A stretch of 64,000 bases of DNA from Octopus sinensis (Eukaryota), in NCBI RefSeq assembly GCF_006345805.1, contig NC_043000.1:2852001-2916000 (forward strand), given 5' to 3'. Below the pieces are notes generated by a model that saw only the letters and a list, made by a program, of their open reading frames with translations, was not told where the DNA came from and made no database searches. The stretch's first letter is position 1, and each line of letters starts with the position of its first letter. Position numbers and translations under genes: made by a program. This document shows positions 23,040 through 35,700 of this stretch, one piece after another.

Positions 23040-23265
23040 ATATTTCAGCAAACTTAAGTATACCATATATATTTGTAAGTTCAATTTTTCTTCCTTCTTT
23101 CGTGTTTTTCTCTCTCTGTGTATCTTTCTGTTGAAGAGCGCAGGCTCGAAACGTTAACGACTTGTTTTATTTATATTCCTGAGCGCCATACTAATACAAT
23201 TGTTTGTTTGTATTCCACCTGCCTTCGTCTTTTGTTTATTTTCATAAAGCTTCCCGTTATATATA
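23040..23265 (+). repeat. PLE-like short repeat family D with hammerhead-like fold; second copy at ~38120-38325
   Basis: Both copies contain CTTT-CTG(TT/TA)GA-A-GAGC-G(C/T)AG-GCTC-GAAACGT and a shared downstream body, and each abuts (TA)n. Confidence 0.6.
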
Positions 23266-23274
23266 TATATACAT

Positions 23275-23789
23275 ACTTTTCTACTCTAGGCTCAAAGCAC
23301 GAAAATTTTAGGGAGGTGAGCAGTCGATTAGATCGACCCAGTACGCAACTGGTACTTAATCTATCGACCCCGAAAGGATAAGTCGACCTCGGCGGAGTTT
23401 AAACTCAGAACGTAGGGGCAGACGAAATACCTATTTCTTTACTACCCACAAGGGGCTAAACACAGAGAGGACAAACAAGGACAGACAAAGGGATTAAGTC
23501 GATTATATCGACCCCAGTGCGTAACTGGTACTTATTTAATCGACCCCGAAAGGATGAAAGGCAAAGTCGACCTAGGCGGAATTTGAACTCAGAACGTAGG
23601 GGCAGACGAAATACCTATTTCTTTACTATCCACAAGGGGCTAAACACAGAGAGGACAAACAAACGGATTAAGTCGATTACATCGACCCCAGTGCGTAACT
23701 AGTACTTAATTTATCGACCCCGAAAAGATGAAAGGCAGAATTTGAACTCGGCGAATTTGAACTCAGAACGTAACGGCAGACGAAATACC
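23275..23789 (-). repeat. Head-to-tail array of three headless SINE B units (one B2 tail, two B1 tails)
   Basis: Identical junction GACGAAATACC|TATTTCTTTAC at 23431/23432 and 23615/23616. The third boundary, 23789/23790, joins the LINE tail. Confidence 0.9.
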
Positions 23790-23954
23790 AATTTCTTTAT
23801 TGCCCACCGGGGGCCAAACATAGATATGGACAGTACAACTGATGGGATCAGTGAATCGATATGATTTTACATAAATGTGACATCAAAAATAAAATACAAT
23901 ACATAAAAATCGAATGGAATACACAGTACAAAAACAATACAAATGAAGCGATGA

Positions 23955-26900
23955 TCAAGTTACGCTCCGATCCCACACGGTTCCTTGCACGCACAACACT
24001 CGTGCAACATACTTCCATCTCTTTTGGAACGTACACTCTGACAGACACCTTTTCTCCAGCCACAGTTTCCTTTTCAAATGAAAAGAAAAAAAGGATCGTA
24101 AATTGTCACCAGAGATAAAGTTGCCTGTCTTAATTCCTTTTATCCTAGTATTCCATACAGCCTCTTTTGCTATTGCTACAACCGTGAGAAAACAATTCTT
24201 ACCTTCGTTCGTTAGAACTCCCGGTGGGTCAATTTTTATAATTGACTCAGTCGACAGCCGTACTCTTCCTTCGCCGGACAACAGATGTTCAGCATAAGCC
24301 CACATTTCAGTTATCTCCGGACACTGAACAATAGCGTGAGGGACGGTTTCCCTGTCCCCACCGCATCTTGGACAGGTCGGCGACTGACGTTTACCATGTC
24401 TTGCGAGCTTATCCCAAACGGGCAAGGCACCTCTGTAGCATTGCCAGGTTAAGGACTTTTGGAAGTTGTCCAACGTTCTCAACCCGAATGTACGATGAAA
24501 CAAGCTGTCCAGTTGAATAAATCCGAGACCTAGAGTCGACCCCAGGCCATCGTCGCATTCAGACTCTACCAACCCACTATATAAAATCCGTGTGGAACCC
24601 CCACCGCTGGCGTTGCCCGAGCGCCGGAACAGCAAGAGGGCCTTACGGCACTCTTTATGCCACTCACTCGACCTCGGTCTACGAGAACACCAGGCTTCCT
24701 GTTCGCAAAAACTCTTGAACTCAGGGAACATTTGTCTGGCCAGCGGAGACCCACCCGTTCACTATCCAGGAGAATCCAGAGGTGCCTCAACCTCAACGCA
24801 TGTCTGCGCATCATTAACCAAGGCATCCCTAAACCTCCATTTAAGGCTTTTGACAGCAGACAGAGCGTTTCACAAGTGGCGACCTGCCCTTCCACAAAAA
24901 GCGAAAGAGCTGTCTCTCCAACCTGATCAACCACGAATCCGGACAGGGCACGACAGTCAGGCGGTAGGTAATGACCGATGCGATAAACACATTGGCCACT
25001 TCCGCCCTCCCTTTCAGGGATAGCCACCGCCAAGACCAAGTCTTGACTACTGCAGCCACCCTGCTCAATACCTCCGTCCAGTTCTTCTCTATCTGGAGGC
25101 CTGGTCCAAACCAGACTCCCAGCAACTTAACCGGTCCCTCCGTCCAGCGCCTAACAACACTGTCTGAAGGCATCGACTTGCCAACCCAGGTGCCGAGCTG
25201 CAAGCCGACCGACTTTTCCCGGTTAATCTTTGCTCCTGCTACCTCCTCGTAAGCCTCAATAGTCTTACCTACTTCACGTAGGCGTACCACTGTGGTTACA
25301 CTGATAGTGATATCATCCGCGAAAGCCGTAACAAACTCCTCTAGTCCTGGTTCTCTCGGGATGCCACTCAACCTTTGCAGTAATGGCTCGAGAGCCATCA
25401 CATACAAAAGTGGTGAAAGCGGACATCCTTGACGAACCGAGCGTCTGATGCAGAACGGCTTCGAAAGGAAACCGTTCACCCGAACTATCGAGTCAATGTT
25501 GTGGTACAAAGCGATAAACCACCTGAGGAAGCCAAGGCCCAGGCCAAACCGCGCAAGTACAGTCGCTAGGTATCGATGGTCAACCCTATCAAAAGCTTTA
25601 GACTGGTCCAAATGCACCAATGCCCCACCTTTGCCAGATTTATTACCAAACCTCTCTATGGTATAGCGAATAAGATGGAGGGTATCCTGAATGGTTCTGC
25701 CTGGGATGGCACATGTCTGTGCCTCCCCGACTATACCATTCGCGACACGCGCCAACCTTTTTGCTAGAACCTTGGCCAAAATCTTCACTTCTGCGTTTAA
25801 CAGAGTGATGGGCCTGAAATTCTCTAGAACGTCCCCTTGTCCGGGTCCTTTCTGACCAACGTCACTACTCCCCGGCGCACAGATCTGGGGATAAACCCAT
25901 TCTGTTTCCAGTTCGCGTACACGTCAGTCAGTAGTTGCCCGAACAAGTCTGGCATACATTATACAGCTCGTACGGAAGACCATCAAGTCCCGGTGACTTA
26001 CCCGCTTTACAATCGGCCAAAGCCTCCATCACCTCCTCAAGTGTGATTGGCCCTTCGCAAGACTCCGCATCCGACCCCGAGAGGCACGGCAGCCCGGTAA
26101 GAAAGTCCTCGAGGGCTCTCCACCACCAGGACCGCCGTCACCCCGAACAGCTGGGCGAAGTACTCCCGAAAGACCTCACACATTTTCTCGGGTTCGTTTA
26201 TCAAGACACCATTTTGATTCGTCAAAGACCGAATAGAGGAACTATTTCCTTGCCGAGCTTCCACCACTCGGGCCCATCCAGCGGCTTTGATTCCTTCACT
26301 TCCCATTGCACGTAACTTAGCTCTGGTAATACTTCCCATGTGGTGGGCTTCAAGATGCTGGTTTAACTCCAGTCTTTTCACCCTCGCTTGGTCTGTATTA
26401 CCAGTCCTCCAGGCTTCTTCTAGTTCCTTAACTAGACCATCTCCTATTTTACGTCCCTTCTTAGCTAAACTTATGCTAAACCTAATAGACTCATATTTGA
26501 TGGCTCTTTTTAGGGCGTACCACCATTTGTTATTAATGATGGTACCTGTTAATGCCCTCTGTATAACATCTTGATCCGCTTTCTGTACTCCTCAATCGCC
26601 AAAAGGGACGTATTGAGTTTCCAGTAGCCAGATCCCTGTCTATGCAACTTATCTACCGTCAGTTTACAGGTAACCATCTTGTGGTCACTGTAGCTGACTA
26701 GAAAAAACTGTGGACACTCAACTATGGACTTATCTTTTTCTCTAATTAAAATCCTATCTAGATATGTTCTGGTAGACCCGTCACTATTTGACCACGTCCA
26801 CTGTGGAGTGTTCGGGTGCTCCAACCTATATGGATCTGCTAGCTGAAATTGACTTAGCAGATCCCGAAAGCCTGTGTTACATTTTCTGTTCATGTTCGAG

Positions 26901-27370
26901 TTTGAGCCAACACAATCTGTGTGTGCTGCACATATTGTATTAGAGTCTCCTAACACTACTAGTGAATGCGACGTGGCTAGGAACTTTCCTAGGCCACGAA
27001 AATATTCAGTTTGCGGGCCAATAATGTTTGCTGCATAAATAGCGACCAGCCTGATTGTCTTGCCACAACTGAATGTCAAGTCGAGAACGACCAGCCTGCC
27101 TTCTGGGTCAGAAAAAACCAACTTTTTCTCGGCTACCCGGTTTCTTTTTAGTAGGACCAACACCCCACCCCCACCTCCCGCCCGACTCGGAGAAACGTAT
27201 TTCTCGTAGCCGTTCAGGAGGGGGAGCAGATCTCTTGGCCCCTTCACCCGGGTTTCCGTTGCAACAATTACATCCAAATTTCTCGACCTGATGTCATTCA
27301 GAAAGCGTCCTTGCTTCCAGCTTGACAACAGGCCATGAACATTTAAACAACCAATGTGAATAGCCATCAC
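23955..27370 (-). pseudogene. LINE ORF2 (apurinic endonuclease, reverse transcriptase, zinc-binding domain), frameshifted
   Basis: Pieces 26549-27370 (GCLNV...ETR...GDSN...SDH), 26037-26381, 24841-25788 (LDQSKAFDRV, QGCPLSPLLY, FADD) and 23955-24731 (CPRC...H...C) lie in different frames. Confidence 0.93.
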
Positions 27371-27419
27371 TTACCTGTTTAATTAGGATTGTCCGGTGGA
27401 GGGGGACCCTCCACCTTTT

Positions 27420-28445
27420 TTTTATCCAGCTCTCGGCTGGGTTGCTGGTTGTATTTTTCTTTTGTTTGTTGTTTTTTTCTCATCTGTTTCTTCTTTATCT
27501 TTTTCCTCTTTGTCTTTTTTCTCCTCTTCCTCCTCTTCTTCATTTTCCTTGCAGTTCCTTCGAATGTGGCCTAATTGACCACATAAAAACATCGAGGTTT
27601 TCGGCCCTCAACAAACACCACGAGGTTCTCCTCCCCTACCTCAATTGTCTCAGGAATTGTTTGAATTATTTTAGGGTCCGCTTGAATGAGAAGATTAATT
27701 GTTTTACCATCCCAGCGTGGGTTTTCCGTAGCGGTAGCCTGGAGGAGAGTAATTTTTTCTACCTCTTTGATTAGGACTGCCGCCAACAACCACATAGGTT
27801 CGACCTCTGGCGGGACCCTTGTAATTTTTATTCGCGACGTCCTCATCCCCATATAATAGGGTATTAACTCCACGTCGTTCGTTTTCAACGTTTCCACTGA
27901 GTTCTTGTGTGCTATTTCTTTATTGGTGAACCTTACTTCCACCGTTCCGAATTTTTTTCCTCTTCTCAGAAATACTACGTCGCCCAATATTGGCTTTAAG
28001 CACTTTTCTATTTTCTCTTCTGACATTCTTTCAATTTTTCTATTTTGTAGAAATATGTTTTGAAAATTATTGTTTTTTGCTTTTCTTCCTGTAATAACTT
28101 TTGCGGAGGTTCAATTTTCACACTGTTGTCATTTATTTCAATCATTTTGCTGTATTTCATAATTTCGCTTTTATTCGTCGACAGTATCTGGGTTCCACCC
28201 CCAGCAGCCAACGCAAAACTTTTTTTTCCATTTTTGGTTCTATCTGGATGCTAGGCACATCAATTATTCTCTTCGACACAATGCCTTTGTTCTCTGGCAA
28301 AGTCGGAAAACTCTTCTGGTGAAAGTTCTGACGAGCTCTCAGACACATCTCCAAAAATATCAAATATATTATCTTCTCTGCTATTCCTTCTTGTAGCGGG
28401 GGAAACCCCTATTTCCTTGTCTGTAGTTGGCTCCTCGCCGGACAT
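27420..28445 (-). pseudogene. LINE ORF1 (gag-like, CCHC zinc knuckle), frameshifted
   Basis: ORF pieces 28260-28445, 28008-28211 and 27571-28026. A 1-nt repair near 27585 gives CFLCGQLGHIRRNC followed by an acidic/lysine-rich tail. Confidence 0.75.
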
Positions 28446-28676
28446 GTATTTCCTCCTCTCAACAGGAGAAACAAGTATTTCTGCTCCAACGGTAGGTCCA
28501 TGCTAGACGACATTCTCCCCCCAAAGGGGGAATGAACAACGCGTGCTACCACAAGCACTAAGTGTTTTCAATTGAAAACTCCAACAGTTAAGTTATTCAA
28601 CAGTTTAACAAGAAACAACAGTTGTTAACAATATTAACACCACGAAACAGCAATTCTTACTTCACGAACACATGTG

Positions 28677-28739
28677 CGACAGACGAAATACCGCTAAGCA
28701 TTTAGCCCGACGTGCTAACGTTTCTGCCAGCTCGCCGCC
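28677..28739 (-). mobile_element. 5' head of the SINE B that received the LINE
   Basis: GGCGGCGAGCTGGCAGAAACGTTAGCACG...GCGGTATTTCGTCTGTCG; the body continues on the other side of the LINE. Confidence 0.9.
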
Positions 28740-29293
28740 TTCCAGATGTATATATAGACACAATAATGGCTGCGTGGATAAGAAATTCGCTTTGCAACCA
28801 CGTAGTTTCGAGTTCAAACCCATCGTGCAGTACCCAGGACAAGATTATATCCACCCTCAGTGTTCGAATGGTACTTATGTTATTCGCCCCCCCCCCCTCG
28901 AAAGGACGAAGAGCAAAGTTGACCTGGACGGAATTTGATCTCAGAACGATTCTGCCACTTCCCCGCCTTAAAACAAAGAATACTAAATGAAATCACAACT
29001 AACGAACACAAAGCAAATGAAAAGGTAAATCACGTTTATAGACCTAGCACGTTAAAAAAAAAAAAAACATCAAAAAACAAAGTAAATAACGAAAGAAAAA
29101 AAACTAAACCCTGGAACCTGAACAGAATGTTGACTAATAAAAACCAACAAAACAAAGAAAAATATAAATAAAAGGAAATGTTAGGAAAATTGAAGAATAA
29201 GAAATTCTAAAGACGAAGATCATGAATGTAGAAATATAACGATGGAATTAATTTTTCATAATTAAAAACAACAGGTTTTTATTAGTCAACATA

Positions 29294-29456
29294 GGCGCAG
29301 GAGTGGCTGTGTGGTAAGTAGCTTGCTAACCAACCACATGGTTCTGGGTTCAGTCCCACTGCGTGGCATCTTGGGCAAGTGTCTTCTGCTATAGCCCCGG
29401 GCCGACCAAAGCCTTGTGAGTGGATTTGGTAGACGGAAACTGAAAGAAGCCTGTCG

Positions 29457-29489
<33 letters not shown>

Positions 29490-29727
29490 GTGTATGTGTG
29501 TGTTTGTGTGTCTGTGTTTGTCCCCCTAGCATTGCTTGACAACCGATGCTGGTGTGTTTGCGTCCCCGTCACTTAGCGGTTCAGCAAAAGAGACCGATAG
29601 AATAAGTACTGAGCTTACAAAGAATAAGTCCCGGGTCGATTTGCTCGACTAAAGGCGGTGCTCCAGCATGGCCGCAGTCAAATGACTGAAACAATTAAAA
29701 GAGTAAAGAGTAAAAGAGAGTTAAAAG
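29294..29727 (+). mobile_element. SINE A, full length, with a long flanking duplication
   Basis: 58-bp direct repeat at 29217-29274 and 29728-29785 with 2 mismatches. Confidence 0.92.
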
Positions 29728-29968
29728 AGATCATGAATGTAGCAATATAACGATGGAATTAATTTTTAATAATTAAAAACAACAGATCTCCTTGTGCACC
29801 AACGAAAGTATATTCCAAGGATAAAACTGAAGGATAAAATAACACGTCAATTATAATACGCAAAGCTAGCTATTATACGCTCAGTGAAAATGGGTAGAGA
29901 CATCAATGCCACGTGGTTAAAACGGGAAAAATATTATGCAGTAGATTCTGAAGTTAGAAAGGAAAATA

Positions 29969-30157
29969 TATTTCTTTACTAGCCACAAGGGGCTAAACAC
30001 AGAGGGGACAAACAAGGACAGACATAGGTATTAAGTCGATTCCATCGACCCCAGTACATAACTGGTACGTAATTTATCGACCCCGAAAGGATGAAAGGCA
30101 AAGTCGACCTCGGCGGAATTTGAACTCAGAACGTAACGGCAGACGAAATACGGCTAC
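29969..30157 (-). mobile_element. 5'-truncated SINE B1
   Basis: 11-bp TSD AAAGGAAAATA at 29958-29968 and 30158-30168. Confidence 0.88.
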
Positions 30158-30420
30158 AAAGGAAAATAGGCAGTTTCTCAGATCTACTCATTTAGGTGTA
30201 TCAAAAACCCAAGCAAACAACACGAGAAACAAATTTGTAAGAACATAGAATATAAGAAAAAAAAAATCATCTCTGAGTCTGTCATGAAATTAACGAAACG
30301 ACGTAGATGGAAAAGAGATAGATAGATAGATAAATAGACAGACAGACAGATAGATAGATAGAGATAGAGAGAGAGAGAGAGAGAAATTTACTACATAAAT
30401 ATATAATAAAAAGGAAGTAT

Positions 30421-30957
30421 CCTATTTCTTTACTACCCACAAGGGGCTAAACACAGAAAGGACAAACAAGGACAGACAAATGGCTTAAGTTGATTATATC
30501 GAACCAGTGCGTAACTGGTACTTATTTAATCGACCCTGAAAGGATGAAAGGCAAAGTCGACCTCGGCAGAATTTGAAATCAGAACGTAACGGCAGACGAA
30601 ATACCTATTTCTTTACGACCCACAAGGGGCTACACACAGAGGGGACAAACAAGGACAGAAAACGGATTAAGTCGATTATATCGAACCCAGTGCGTAACTG
30701 GTACTTATTTAATCGACCCTGAAAGGATGAAAGGCAAAGTCGATCTCGGCGGAATTTGAACTCAGAACGTAGCGGCTAAACACAGAGAGGACAAACAAAG
30801 ACAAACAAACAGATTAAGTCGATCATATCGACACCTGTGTGTAACTGGTACGTATTTAATCGAGCCCGAAAGGATGAAAGGCAAAGTCGTCCTCGGCGGA
30901 ATTTGAACTCAGAACGTAACGGCAGACGAAATACCGCTAAGCATTTCGCCCGGCGTG
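30421..30957 (-). repeat. Three-unit tandem array of SINE B1 with a single partial head
   Basis: Same GACGAAATACC|TATTTC junction at 30605/30606; second junction partly deleted near 30773. Confidence 0.88.
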
Positions 30958-31156
30958 AAAATATCCGAATTCACAGAATGGTTGAAACAAGTGACCCTCA
31001 CTTAATTACAAGGAATCTGTCGGTATGAAATGCAACGGTGATCCTTTGAAAAAAAATTTTCAGTTTAACTCCAATCCAAAACGATTTTATATAGAACTTG
31101 ATAAAAGTAAAATAGAAATATGTACAGCGCCAACAGTGAGAGAAGGGTAGAGAAAT

Positions 31157-31542
31157 TGGAAGCACTCCGTCGGTTACGACGACGAGGGTTCCGGTTGATC
31201 CGAATCAACGGAACAGCCTGCTCGTGAAATTAACGTGTAAGTGGCTGAGCACTCCACAGACACGTGCACCCTTAACGTAGTTCTCGGAGATATTCAGCGT
31301 GACACAGAGAGTGACAAGGCCGGCCCTTTGAAATACAGGTACAACAGAAACAGGAAGTAAGAGTGAGAGAAAGTTGTAGTGAAAGAGTACAGCAGGGATC
31401 ACCACCATCCCCTGTCGGAGACTCGTGGAGCTTTTAGGTGTTTTTGCTCAATAAACACTCACAACGCCCGGTCTGGGAATCGAAACCGCGATCCTATGAC
31501 CGCGAGTCCGCTGCCCTAACCACTGGGCCATTGCGCCTCCAC
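31157..31542 (-). mobile_element. SINE C1, full length
   Basis: 11-bp TSD GGTAGAGAAAT at 31146-31156 and 31543-31553. Confidence 0.93.
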
Positions 31543-32099
31543 GGTAGAGAAATACTAGGAAAGGTAACTGACAACGGGAAAAAATCATTGTGGATGTGAA
31601 TGGTCAAAACAAGGAATACAACACCTGGACAACCGTGAGATGCAACAACGAATAGGTAGTCCAATTATTGCAAGAAAGAGAAGGAAGGAGGGAGGAAGAG
31701 GAGAGAGAGAGAGAAGGAAAGAATGAAACAACTGGATATTGCAAAAAGCATATAACTGGAAGATACCGAGACGTGATAAAATCCTAAACTTCTGGTTAAA
31801 ACATTTGGCCGGAACACTTAAATACTAGTAGAGATGTTTAATTAGATCTAGCTCACTAACAGGAAACCGTTTTAAGACTCGAGAAACAGCGAATCCTAGA
31901 CCTACAGACTTATTGCCTTCGTACAACCAACAAAATCTTAACTACAACGATATCAAAGAGAATAAATATATACACGGAGAGAAAAACAAAAAAAAACCAC
32001 AACAACTTTTCTCCAGGAGAGCAGAAGTAATACTGCAAAGGATCAGCCAACTGTAAAGATAAATTGCTGATCAACAAAGCCATAAACAAAAGACTGTTG

Positions 32100-32585
32100 A
32101 AGCAAAAATGGTTTGAGCATGATATAAATTGACAACCAGAAGAGCTTTGAAAGTGTCTCTCACACGTTTCTCCAGGAAATATTGGTAATGATTAGAATAA
32201 TGCCAGCAATATGTAGATAAAATAAACATGTCCCAAGTAAATGCCAAATAATTTTACATATCCAATAAAATAGGAATTAGTTATTTAGATGAATATTGCA
32301 GAGTTTCTCTCTCCATTCCTTTTCTGCTTCATGTTATTATCTTTAACCATGTTAAACTAGACTGGAGTTGGATACAGATGCTATGGGATAAGGATCACCG
32401 TCTTTTGTATACGGACGACCTCAGTTGTACACTGCAGATGATAAACAAAACACTCCTGCAGAGAATATATAGATTTATTAGGGGAATCAATTTGAAATTT
32501 AGATTGGAAAAATTCAACAAAGCAATCTTCAAAAGAGAGAGAGGGTGGGAGAAAGAGAGAGATGGGAGAGAGAAAGAGAGAGAGG

Positions 32586-32628
<43 letters not shown>

Positions 32629-33480
32629 ATTAATGGTCTGAAATTTTTGTTAAGGACAGCAAATTTTAGAGGAGAAGCTTAGTCGATACAACAGAGGCTA
32701 GAACTTGACAAATACTTTATTATTTCTACGCCGGAGGATTGAAAGGCGAAGCTGATCCTTGTAGAATTCGAACTGAGAAAGTAATGAGTTGGAAGAAATA
32801 CCGCTAGGCATCTTATCCAGCACTCAAACGATGATGTTTGCTTAGTCATGCAAGATAAAGAAAGTGAGATAAGAGAATTAATTCAAGCGCAGACTTACAA
32901 ATCAATGAGCTGGACGGAATACAACAAACACATAAATGAAAGAAAAAGTTACACAATAGACGTATTAGATTAAAATTTAAAACCCGGGCTAAATCAAAAA
33001 ATTAAGATAATAGGCATTAATATTGTAGCTTTTCTAGTAATAAATTGTAGTAATAATATTCTTAGAAGAACACTCAATGAACTGGCAGCATCTGGCAAAA
33101 AAGAAAAATAATAACGACTGAATTTAGAATACACCAATTTAGAATCTGGCATAGAAAAATATTCAGTGGAAATACAGTGTTGGAATAAGGGAATTATGTA
33201 ACTAGAAAACTATCAGAAAATATTCACTGCAGAATGAGAACAATATCCAGCAAAGAGAAATGGTAAACTATAACAAATAGGTACAACATTTGAATAAGAA
33301 AACTTTTTTCTGTTTTCATGAAAGCCAACAAATAGAAAACAGAAGTTGAAATGAGAGACGAGTCGGAAGGGAAGAGAGGAAAGCTATAGGAACTAGGAAA
33401 ATGAGTTAAATGCCAGGGTAAAATGATGGTGAGAAAAGGTCCCTACATGGCCAACACTTGATAAAACTGAATAGGATGGA
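32100..33480 (+). pseudogene. Heavily decayed R4/RTE-like reverse transcriptase remnant, interrupted by (GA)n and a B-like SINE
   Basis: HRLLYTDDLS (Y.DD) and GINLKFRLEKFNK in ORF 32378-32629; LHGQ-like motif near 33445. Confidence 0.5.
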
Positions 33481-34139
33481 AATATAAAAAGAAAAATTGC
33501 TAAACTAGGCGCAGGTGTGGCTGTGAGGTTAAGAAACTAAACTTGGAATCGTTTGGTACCACTGCATGACGCCCTGGTCAAGTGACTTCTGCAATAGACC
33601 TGAGTCAACAAGTGCCTTGAGAGTGAATTTGGTAGGCGGAAACTGTGTACACACACACGCACACACACACACACACGCACGCACGCACGCACACACACAC
33701 ACGCACGCACGCGCGCACAAACACGCACGCACACACACACACATATATACATATATGTTTGGTGGAGGCGCGTGACTTAGTAGTTTGCGTGTTTGACTCC
33801 TGATCGCAAAATCAAAAACAATAACAACTAAAGCCGAAGAACTGCAAACACAACAACAATAGCAACTCAACAGTGAATCTCTTAAAGTTTTTCGAAGGGA
33901 GAAGGTGGTCTTAACAGTGTGTATACGCTCTTATAAAGGCAAGATTTTTTCCTTAGGTTAAGGCCATCACAAAGAAAGCATAAACGTGTTGCTAACTCAG
34001 GAAACTTTTCCAAAATGACGTAGGAAATTAAAAAAATATATCAGACGAAAGGATTTTGGAAGGCTCTTTACAAAGGCCCCGAGACGAGGACAGGAGTAAG
34101 TGACCTACTCTACTTTTTGTTTACTTTTCCTCCAATTTA

Positions 34140-35400
34140 AAGTTTATTGAAAGTAGGCAGTATAAACGTGCATGGTCTGGGATCGAATTGGGTTCAGGGA
34201 CACCTGTTCAACAACTTCCGGTCAATGTGCCTGGATGTCGTAGCCATTAGCGAAACCAGGGCTTCCGAGACGAAATCGCTCGACCTCCTCCACGAAAGCT
34301 ATAAGACTTACATCCCTTTCGATCTACTTGAATTAAGTGGTATAGCGGTGCTATTTTAGGAACATTTAGAACTAGAGATAAATAGAGTCTTCGTAGACTT
34401 GGATGGTAAGTCGGTGGTAGCAGTAAGGCCGGCGATTGGGCCATTAGACTAGTGGCTGTTTCCGCCTCGATTGTAGCGAGTAGGTCAGATTTCTTTCGAC
34501 GTCTAGAGACAATCTCGCTTATTAGCGTTATTGGGCGACTGGAATAACATTTTGGACGCATGAAGGGATTATGCACATATAACCGAGAAGCGGGTGCAAA
34601 AGCTTTGCAAACCTTCTCAGACACTTCCAACTGTTAGAAAGATTTCACCTTGCTTTCCTGAACACGCTAATTTGGAATTGGTCGAATTGCAGCGGGTTGT
34701 CCAGGTCGTATTTAGACAGAATTTTTATTTGGTTAACAGCGATGATTAGCACAAGTTATTCATCACAGTTTTTAATAGTTGGCTACTCTGACGATAAACT
34801 CGTCGCCTGTATATCAACTTAGAACAGACCAATAGACTTGTTTTCTAGAAGCTGAAAGCGTCCTTTCCGATGCTGAATTACCAAATTAGTTAAGCGGGAG
34901 TTGACGGCTGCCATTATCACGAAACAGGTGGAGGGTCATGCAAAGACAAAAATTAGAATAGCCTCGGTTAGATTTAGTAAAGAGATAGGTATAAAGAATA
35001 ACAGAGTACAGAAACAGTTAACCATTTAGAAGAGGCTCAAGAAAGAAGTAACGCAAATGACGGTGAGAAGGCCCTTGACCATTTCTTCGACGTTAATCAC
35101 GAAGAATACATTGGCCGTGCTAGGGTGCATGCGCTGAAACACGAGGGTACGAAAGCCTTTAGATGGACTCGGTTGGTGGAAGCGGAGCCTGACAACAAAA
35201 GTAGAATTCCTTCCGTGACAGACCATGATCGGCGGCGCATATTCTCCGATTTCGAACAGATGGGTACGGTTTTCCAGTAGCACTTTGCCGAAATGTTTTC
35301 GATGAGCAACGAACTAGAGACGAGAAGAAAAGCTTTGATGCCAAAGTTGACGGTTTTCTTCCTCTGTTGGAGAACTTGTCTTATTGTCATTCTTCAATGT
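34140..35400 (+). pseudogene. Decayed Tx1-like ORF2 5' part (APE domain)
   Basis: MKVGSINVHGL...QGHLFNNFRSMCLDVVAISETR parallels IHIGCLNVHGL...QGRFLNDIRSRNLDVIVATETR at 27370. Confidence 0.7.
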
Positions 35401-35489
35401 TAAACGTAGTTCGGAGGTGAACTGACCAGACAAGGGATTTGATCTCAGACTGTGTATTAAAACCGAAACAATTACAGTGAGGTAGAGAC

Positions 35490-35700
35490 ACATATTGATT
35501 TCAAATTTTGGTACATGGCCAGCAATTTCGAGGGAGAGGTAAGTCTATTACATCGACCCCAGTGCTCAACTGGTACTCGTTTTATCGATCCCGAAAGGAT
35601 GAAAGGCAAAGTCGACATCGGCAGAATTTGAACTCAGAACATAAAGAGGGACGAAAGACCGCTAAGCATTTTGCCCAGTATGCTAATGAGTTTGCTAGCT
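35490..35700 (-). mobile_element. Diverged SINE B2
   Basis: ACATCGACCCCAGTGCTCAACTGGTACT...TTTGAACTCAGAAC...GCTAAGCATTTTGCCC. Confidence 0.75.

Larger units (their letters stand above)
23790..28676 (-). mobile_element. Near full-length Tx1-clade (L1 group) non-LTR retrotransposon
   Basis: 5' UTR, ORF1 with CCHC knuckle, ORF2 with APE + RT + C-terminal zinc motif, and 165-nt 3' UTR. 16-bp TSD CG(G/A)CAGACGAAATACC at 23774-23789 and 28677-28692. Confidence 0.92.
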
